A DNA stretch of 64,000 bases from an uncultured Lachnospiraceae bacterium. Lineage in GTDB: Bacteria > Bacillota > Clostridia > Lachnospirales > Lachnospiraceae. Numbering within the stretch: the stretch's first letter is position 1; every line of letters starts with the position of its first letter. Positions 59,224-64,000 of the stretch are shown here, piece by piece. The stretch covers positions 19,267-83,266 of the forward strand of contig CAKRTC010000005.1 in NCBI GenBank assembly GCA_934402055.1. Reading direction: 5' to 3'. The translations under genes and the position numbers were made by a program. Below the pieces are notes generated by a model. The model made no database searches and was not told the origin of the DNA. It saw only the letters and a program-made list of their open reading frames with translations.

Positions 59224-59694
59224 GTGCCGCGTAAAGGACATACTCAAAAGAGAGACGTTCTGGCAGATCCGATCTACGGAAATAAGGTAGTTACAAAGCT
59301 CATCAATCAGATAATGCTTGATGGTAAGCGCGGAGTTGCACAGAAAATCGTTTACGGCGCCTTCGAAGAGGTCGAGGCTAAGAGCGGAAAGCCGGCTGTC
59401 GAGGTATTCGAGGAAGCTATGAATAACATTATGCCTGTTCTTGAGGTTAAGGCAAAGCGTATCGGTGGTGCTACATATCAGGTACCGATCGAGGTTAAGC
59501 CGGAGAGAAGACAGGCTCTCGGTCTTCGTTGGTTAACAACATTCTCACGTAAGAGAGGCGAGAAGACTCAGAGAGAAAGACTTGCAAACGAGATAATGGA
59601 TGCTGCCAACAACACAGGCGCTTCCGTAAAGAGAAAAGAAGAGATGCATAGAATGGCAGAGGCTAACAAGGCATTTGCTCACTATCGTTTCTGA
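59224..59694 (+). CDS. rpsG: 30S ribosomal protein S7
   Basis: 156 aa from a GTG start, [20 protein letters not shown], after AAGGAGGG. Confidence 0.95.
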   Translation: MPRKGHTQKRDVLADPIYGNKVVTKLINQIMLDGKRGVAQKIVYGAFEEVEAKSGKPAVEVFEEAMNNIMPVLEVKAKRIGGATYQVPIEVKPERRQALGLRWLTTFSRKRGEKTQRERLANEIMDAANNTGASVKRKEEMHRMAEANKAFAHYRF

Positions 59695-59723
59695 TTCTCG
59701 CGTTTTTAAGGAGCGTTTAATAA

Positions 59724-61841
59724 ATGGGAAGAGAATATCCGTTAGAAAGAACACGTAATATCGGAATCATGGCTCATATCGATGCAGGTAAGACTACATT
59801 GACAGAGCGTATCCTTTATTACACAGGTGTTAACTACAAAATCGGTGATACCCACGAAGGAACTGCTACCATGGACTGGATGGCTCAGGAGCAGGAGCGT
59901 GGTATCACTATCACATCAGCTGCTACGACCTGCCACTGGACAAAGCACAAGAACAATAAGCCGGATCCGAATGAACCGGAGAACCGTATCAACATCATTG
60001 ATACTCCGGGTCACGTTGACTTCACAGTAGAGGTTGAGCGTTCACTCAGAGTACTTGACGGAGCTGTCGGTGTATTCTGTGCCAAGGGCGGAGTTGAGCC
60101 TCAGTCAGAGAACGTATGGAGACAGGCTGATACCTACAATGTACCTCGTATGGCTTTCATCAACAAGATGGATATACTTGGTGCTAACTTCTTCGGAGCT
60201 GTTCAGCAGATCCATGACAGACTCGGTAAGAATACTATCATCACTCAGCTTCCTATCGGCAAGGAGGATTCCTTCAAGGGAATCGTTGACCTTTTCGAGA
60301 TGAAGGCTTATATCTTCAACGATGATAAAGGTGATGATGTTTCTATCGTAGATATCCCTGAGGATATGAAGGACGATGCTGAGATGTATCGTGAAGAGCT
60401 TGTAGAGAAGATCTGTGAGCTTGATGACGAGCTTACCATGATGTTCCTTGACGGAGAGATTCCGACAGAGGAGCAGCTTAAGGCAGCACTCAGAAAGGGA
60501 TGCTGTGAGTGTACAGCAATTCCGGTTTGCTGTGGTTCGGCATACAGAAACAAGGGTATCCAGAAGCTTCTTGATGCTATCATTGACTTCATGCCTTCAC
60601 CGCTTGATGTTCCGCCTATCGACGGAGTTGATCTTGACGGTAATGAGGTCGTTCGTCATTCATCTGATGAAGAGCCGTTTGCTGCTCTTGCATTTAAGAT
60701 CATGACAGATCCTTTCGTAGGAAAGCTCGCTTACTTCAGAGTTTACTCAGGTACTGTAAACTCAGGTTCTTATGTACTTAACGCTACAAAGAACAAGAAG
60801 GAGCGTGTAGGACGTATCCTTCAGATGCATGCCAACAAGCGTCATGAGCTTGATAAGTGCTATTCGGGTGATATCGCTGCTGCAGTAGGCTTCAAGTTCA
60901 CAGGTACAGGTGATACCATCTGTGACGAGCAGCATCCGGTTATCCTTGAGTCTATGGAGTTCCCGGAGCCGGTTATCGATGTTGCTATCGAGCCTAAGAC
61001 CAAGGCTTCACAGGGCAAGATGGGCGAGGCTCTTGCAAAGCTTGCAGAAGAGGATCCTACATTCAGAACAAAGACAGATACCGAGACAGGTCAGACTATC
61101 ATCTCAGGTATGGGTGAGCTTCACCTTGAGATCATTGTTGACAGACTTCTTCGTGAGTTCAACGTTGAGGCTAATGTCGGTGCACCTCAGGTTGCATATA
61201 AGGAGACAATTACCAAGCCTGCAGACGTAGATTCCAAGTACGTTAAGCAGTCAGGTGGTAAGGGTCAGTACGGACATTGTAAGGTTAAGTTTGCTCCTAT
61301 GGATGCAAACGGCGAAGAGCTTTACAAGTTCGAGAATACCGTTGTCGGCGGTGCTATTCCTAAGGAGTACATCGAGCCTGTTAACGAGGGTATTCAGGAA
61401 GCAATGAAGGCAGGCCCGCTCGGCGGATTCCCGGTTATCGGTATTTCCGCAAATGTTTGGGACGGAAGTTACCACGAGGTCGACTCTTCGGAGATGGCAT
61501 TCCATATTGCAGGTTCACTTGCACTTAAGGAGGCTATGGCTAAGGGCGCACCTACACTTCTTGAGCCTATCATGAAGGTAGAGGTTACTGTTCCTGAGGA
61601 GTACACAGGATTCGTTAACGGTGACTTCAACAGACGTAGAGGTCAGGTTATGGAGATGGACGATGTAGGAGGCGGAAAGATCATCAAGGCTACAGTTCCG
61701 CTTGCTGAGATGTTCGGCTATTCTACAGAACTTCGTTCCGGAACTCAGGGACGTGGTAACTACTCCATGTTCTTTGATCACTATCAGGCTGTACCGAAGA
61801 ACGTACAGGAGAAGATCCTGAACGAGAAGAAGGGCAAGTAA
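59724..61841 (+). CDS. fusA: Elongation factor G
   Basis: 705 aa. The G1 motif is AHIDAGKTT, with an insertion after the G domain that is typical for some Firmicutes. Confidence 0.95.
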   Translation: MGREYPLERTRNIGIMAHIDAGKTTLTERILYYTGVNYKIGDTHEGTATMDWMAQEQERGITITSAATTCHWTKHKNNKPDPNEPENRINIIDTPGHVDFTVEVERSLRVLDGAVGVFCAKGGVEPQSENVWRQADTYNVPRMAFINKMDILGANFFGAVQQIHDRLGKNTIITQLPIGKEDSFKGIVDLFEMKAYIFNDDKGDDVSIVDIPEDMKDDAEMYREELVEKICELDDELTMMFLDGEIPTEEQLKAALRKGCCECTAIPVCCGSAYRNKGIQKLLDAIIDFMPSPLDVPPIDGVDLDGNEVVRHSSDEEPFAALAFKIMTDPFVGKLAYFRVYSGTVNSGSYVLNATKNKKERVGRILQMHANKRHELDKCYSGDIAAAVGFKFTGTGDTICDEQHPVILESMEFPEPVIDVAIEPKTKASQGKMGEALAKLAEEDPTFRTKTDTETGQTIISGMGELHLEIIVDRLLREFNVEANVGAPQVAYKETITKPADVDSKYVKQSGGKGQYGHCKVKFAPMDANGEELYKFENTVVGGAIPKEYIEPVNEGIQEAMKAGPLGGFPVIGISANVWDGSYHEVDSSEMAFHIAGSLALKEAMAKGAPTLLEPIMKVEVTVPEEYTGFVNGDFNRRRGQVMEMDDVGGGKIIKATVPLAEMFGYSTELRSGTQGRGNYSMFFDHYQAVPKNVQEKILNEKKGK

Positions 61842-61851
61842 TTGCATATAC

Positions 61852-61880
61852 TTGAAAATTGGCTATAAATAAATTATAAT
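61852..61880 (+). promoter_or_regulatory. Candidate internal promoter for tuf (TTGAAA-17-TATAAT)
   Basis: TTGAAA at 61852-61857, a 17-nt spacer, TATAAT at 61875-61880, in the fusA-tuf spacer. Confidence 0.5.
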
Positions 61881-61937
61881 AGACCAAGACTTTTTTAATA
61901 GTAATTATTTACTAAACCAATTGAGGAGGAGATTCCA

Positions 61938-63128
61938 ATGGCAAAGGAACATTTTAACAGAAGTAAGCCGCATTTAAATATCGGAACTATCGGACACGTT
62001 GACCACGGTAAGACAACTCTTACAGCTGCTATCACAAGAGTACTTTCAGAGAGAATTGCCGGTAACGATAAGGTAGACTTCGAGAACATCGATAAGGCTC
62101 CGGAAGAGAGAGAGAGAGGTATCACAATCAACACTGCTCACGTTGAGTATCAGACAGAGAAGCGTCACTATGCTCACGTTGACTGCCCTGGCCATGCTGA
62201 CTACGTTAAGAACATGATCACAGGTGCTGCACAGATGGATGGTGCTATCCTCGTTGTTGCTGCTACTGACGGAGTTATGGCTCAGACAAGAGAGCATATC
62301 CTTCTTGCTCGTCAGGTAGGCGTTCCTTACATCGTTGTATTCATGAACAAGTGCGACATGGTTGAGGATGATGAGCTTCTTGAGCTCGTTGAGATGGAGA
62401 TCAGAGATCTTCTTAACGAGTATGACTTCCCGGGCGATGACGTTCCGATCATCCGTGGTTCAGCTCTTAAGGCTCTTGAGGGAGAGAAAGAGTGGGAGGA
62501 CAAGATCATGGAGCTTATGGATGCCGTTGATGAGTATATTCCGGATCCTGCTCGTGAGACAGATAAGCCTTTCCTTATGCCTGTTGAGGACGTATTCACA
62601 ATCACAGGTCGTGGAACAGTTGCTACAGGTAGAGTAGAGCGTGGTGTTCTTCACCTCAATGATGCTCTTGAGATCGTTGGTATCAAGGAAGACAACATGA
62701 AGACTGTTGTTACAGGTATCGAGATGTTCCGTAAGCTTCTTGATGAGGCTCAGGCAGGAGATAACATCGGTGCACTTCTTCGTGGTGTTAACAGAGATCA
62801 GATCGAGCGTGGACAGGTTCTCTGCAAGCCGGATTCTGTAAAGTGCTACAAGAACTTCAAGGGTCAGGTTTACGTTCTTACAAAGGACGAGGGTGGCCGT
62901 CATACACCGTTCTTCACACATTACAGACCGCAGTTCTACTTCCGTACAACAGATATCACAGGTCAGTGTGATCTTCCGGAAGGCGTAGAGATGTGTATGC
63001 CTGGCGATAACGTAGAGATGACTGTAGAGCTCATCCACCCAATCGCTATGGAGAAGGGACTTCGTTTCGCTATCCGTGAGGGTGGCCGTACAGTAGGTTC
63101 AGGAAGAGTTTCTGAGATCCTTGGCTAA
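61938..63128 (+). CDS. tuf: Elongation factor Tu
   Basis: 396 aa. [15 protein letters not shown] and DCPGHADY are the EF-Tu G motifs. Confidence 0.95.
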   Translation: MAKEHFNRSKPHLNIGTIGHVDHGKTTLTAAITRVLSERIAGNDKVDFENIDKAPEERERGITINTAHVEYQTEKRHYAHVDCPGHADYVKNMITGAAQMDGAILVVAATDGVMAQTREHILLARQVGVPYIVVFMNKCDMVEDDELLELVEMEIRDLLNEYDFPGDDVPIIRGSALKALEGEKEWEDKIMELMDAVDEYIPDPARETDKPFLMPVEDVFTITGRGTVATGRVERGVLHLNDALEIVGIKEDNMKTVVTGIEMFRKLLDEAQAGDNIGALLRGVNRDQIERGQVLCKPDSVKCYKNFKGQVYVLTKDEGGRHTPFFTHYRPQFYFRTTDITGQCDLPEGVEMCMPGDNVEMTVELIHPIAMEKGLRFAIREGGRTVGSGRVSEILG

Positions 63129-63130
63129 CA

Positions 63131-63168
63131 ATGAGTTAGGTGCCATATAGGCATAATAAAGAGGCTGC
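63131..63168. repeat. Inverted, internally deleted copy of the downstream 92-nt repeat unit (left arm)
   Basis: ATGAGTTAGGTGCCA is the reverse complement of the unit 3' end TGGCACCTAACTCAT/GTT. AGGCATAATAAAGAGGCT is the reverse complement of the unit 5' end AAGCCTCTTTTATTATGCCT. Together they form a long imperfect hairpin with copy A across the tuf stop region. Confidence 0.6.
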
Positions 63169-63180
63169 AAGCTTGCTTGC

Positions 63181-63272
63181 AAGCCTCTTTTATTATGCCT
63201 ATGACGACATTCAACGAATGTCGTCAATCGACGAAAAGCGAAGCTTTTTGGAGATTGGCACCTAACTCGTTG
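63181..63272. repeat. Direct repeat unit, copy A (92 nt, contains two perfect hairpins)
   Basis: It is identical to copy B except for one base (A at 63241 versus G at 63373). It contains GACGACATTC-aac-GAATGTCGTC and AAAAGC-gaa-GCTTTT. Confidence 0.8.
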
Positions 63273-63312
63273 TTAAGTTTGTATAATGGAGATACACGCT
63301 TAACTCTTTCAC

Positions 63313-63404
63313 AAGCCTCTTTTATTATGCCTATGACGACATTCAACGAATGTCGTCAATCGACGAAAAGCGGAGCTTTTTGGAGATTGGCACCTAACTC
63401 GTTA
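63313..63404. repeat. Direct repeat unit, copy B
   Basis: It is a 132-nt-period tandem duplicate of copy A. Both copies are followed by related TGTATAATGGAG / TGTGTAGAATGGAGG segments. Confidence 0.8.
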
Positions 63405-63474
63405 TTAATTGTGTAGAATGGAGGCATAATGCACGCGATCGACGAACGCGAAGCGTTTGTAGATATTTCCACAG

Positions 63475-63500
63475 CAAAAAAGCGGCCTTTCGACCGCTGT
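63475..63500 (-). terminator. Weak candidate terminator for the marR-family gene (minus strand)
   Basis: On the minus strand, GCGGTCGAAAGGCCGC is followed by TTTTT. The stem is imperfect. Confidence 0.35.
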
Positions 63501-63530
63501 ATTACTCTTTGCATATAGTTTAACTTTATA

Positions 63531-63968
63531 TCAGTTCTGGTTGGCAAGTCTTGCCGCGTTATCGGCAATGACCTTAAGATGGTGTCTGAACACATCCATC
63601 TGTTCATCACTTAAGCCTTCGGTGACTTCGTGATTAAGACGGGTAATGATATCGTTGACAGGAGTCTCAAGGGCTTTGCCTGCATCTGTAAGATGAACGA
63701 TAACCTTACGTCTGTCATCCATGCGGAATGAACGGTTGATAAGCTCCTTATCTTCGAGTCTGCCCAGTATACCGGTTACTGTCGAAGAGTCAAGATTCAA
63801 GGTCTCTGCAAGCTGAGACGGCATTTGTCCGTCCTCTTCCCAGAGACATTTAAGTGTTGCATACTGAATCGGTGTAACATCAAGACAGGCAAGTTCTCTT
63901 TTAAAATATGTGAATACAGTATTCTGTGCGTTGGTTAATAAAAAGTTGATACATTCCTGTAATTTCAT
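63531..63968 (-). CDS. MarR-family transcriptional regulator
   Basis: 145 aa with a winged HTH (LDVTPIQYATLKCLWEEDGQMPSQLAETLNLDSSTVTGILGRLE). It is convergent with tuf. Confidence 0.85.
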   Translation of the reverse strand: MKLQECINFLLTNAQNTVFTYFKRELACLDVTPIQYATLKCLWEEDGQMPSQLAETLNLDSSTVTGILGRLEDKELINRSFRMDDRRKVIVHLTDAGKALETPVNDIITRLNHEVTEGLSDEQMDVFRHHLKVIADNAARLANQN

Positions 63969-64000
63969 AGAACATCCCTTTCACTCACTGTCTTTCAATT

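Noticed and set aside
63177-63416. 79-aa ORF (MQASFIMPMTTFNECRQSTK...) spanning the tuf-downstream repeats
   Set aside because: Its amino-acid sequence is internally duplicated only because it reads straight through the two tandem DNA repeats and their hairpins. It has no RBS and is a translation artefact of the repeat element.
1-64000. CRISPR arrays, insertion sequences, prophage or defence-island signatures
   Set aside because: No direct repeats of regular spacing, no transposase, integrase or recombinase ORFs, and no restriction-modification, toxin-antitoxin, Abi or other defence-type genes were seen. The only repeat family is the tuf-downstream element, which is reported separately.

Overview
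Best reading: a core housekeeping segment of a moderate-GC Firmicutes chromosome, probably Clostridia or Lachnospiraceae-like. Genes are tightly packed and mostly on the + strand. In order, the window holds: a partial NAD(P)H-hydrate repair gene C-terminus; serC-serA-DUF1015; rsmE and a cysteine desulfurase; glycolytic fba plus a PPi-type phosphofructokinase; tRNA-modification genes thiI and mtaB; the conserved ireB-ruvX-DUF1292 block with an RNase J carrying a lysine-rich N-terminal extension inserted ahead of a truncated MltG-like gene; trmR-like O-methyltransferase plus U32 peptidase (tRNA mo5U pathway); DUF218; an M16C peptidase; era-recO; glycyl-tRNA synthetase behind a long structured leader; a histidine kinase/OmpR-type response regulator pair plus a cytidylate-kinase-like gene; a minus-strand rfbA-azlC-azlD operon divergent from rfbB-rfbD-glmM-like and three glycosyltransferases, ending in a secreted protein with cell-wall-binding repeats; ychF; an orphan Hpt protein; a minus-strand ABC ATPase / ABC-2 permease / GldG-like / DUF4340 operon; secDF-tgt-yajC; a single-chain L-serine dehydratase; ddl; and rpoB-rpoC followed by the str operon (rpsL-rpsG-fusA-tuf) and a convergent marR-family regulator. 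I found no CRISPR array, no rRNA or convincing tRNA gene, and no transposase, integrase or recognisable defence island. Findings are: the hairpin-rich tandem plus inverted repeat element just downstream of tuf, GC-rich discriminator-like motifs just downstream of the proposed -10 elements of the str and rpoBC leaders, the uncharacterised GldG-type ABC / DUF4340 operon with a neighbouring orphan Hpt protein, the MltG-like gene lacking its catalytic domain, the RNase J N-terminal extension, an rml cluster lacking rmlC, and a possible untranslated RNA downstream of sdaA. All protein calls rest on recalled family signatures in the ORF translations and on synteny. No database search was possible.
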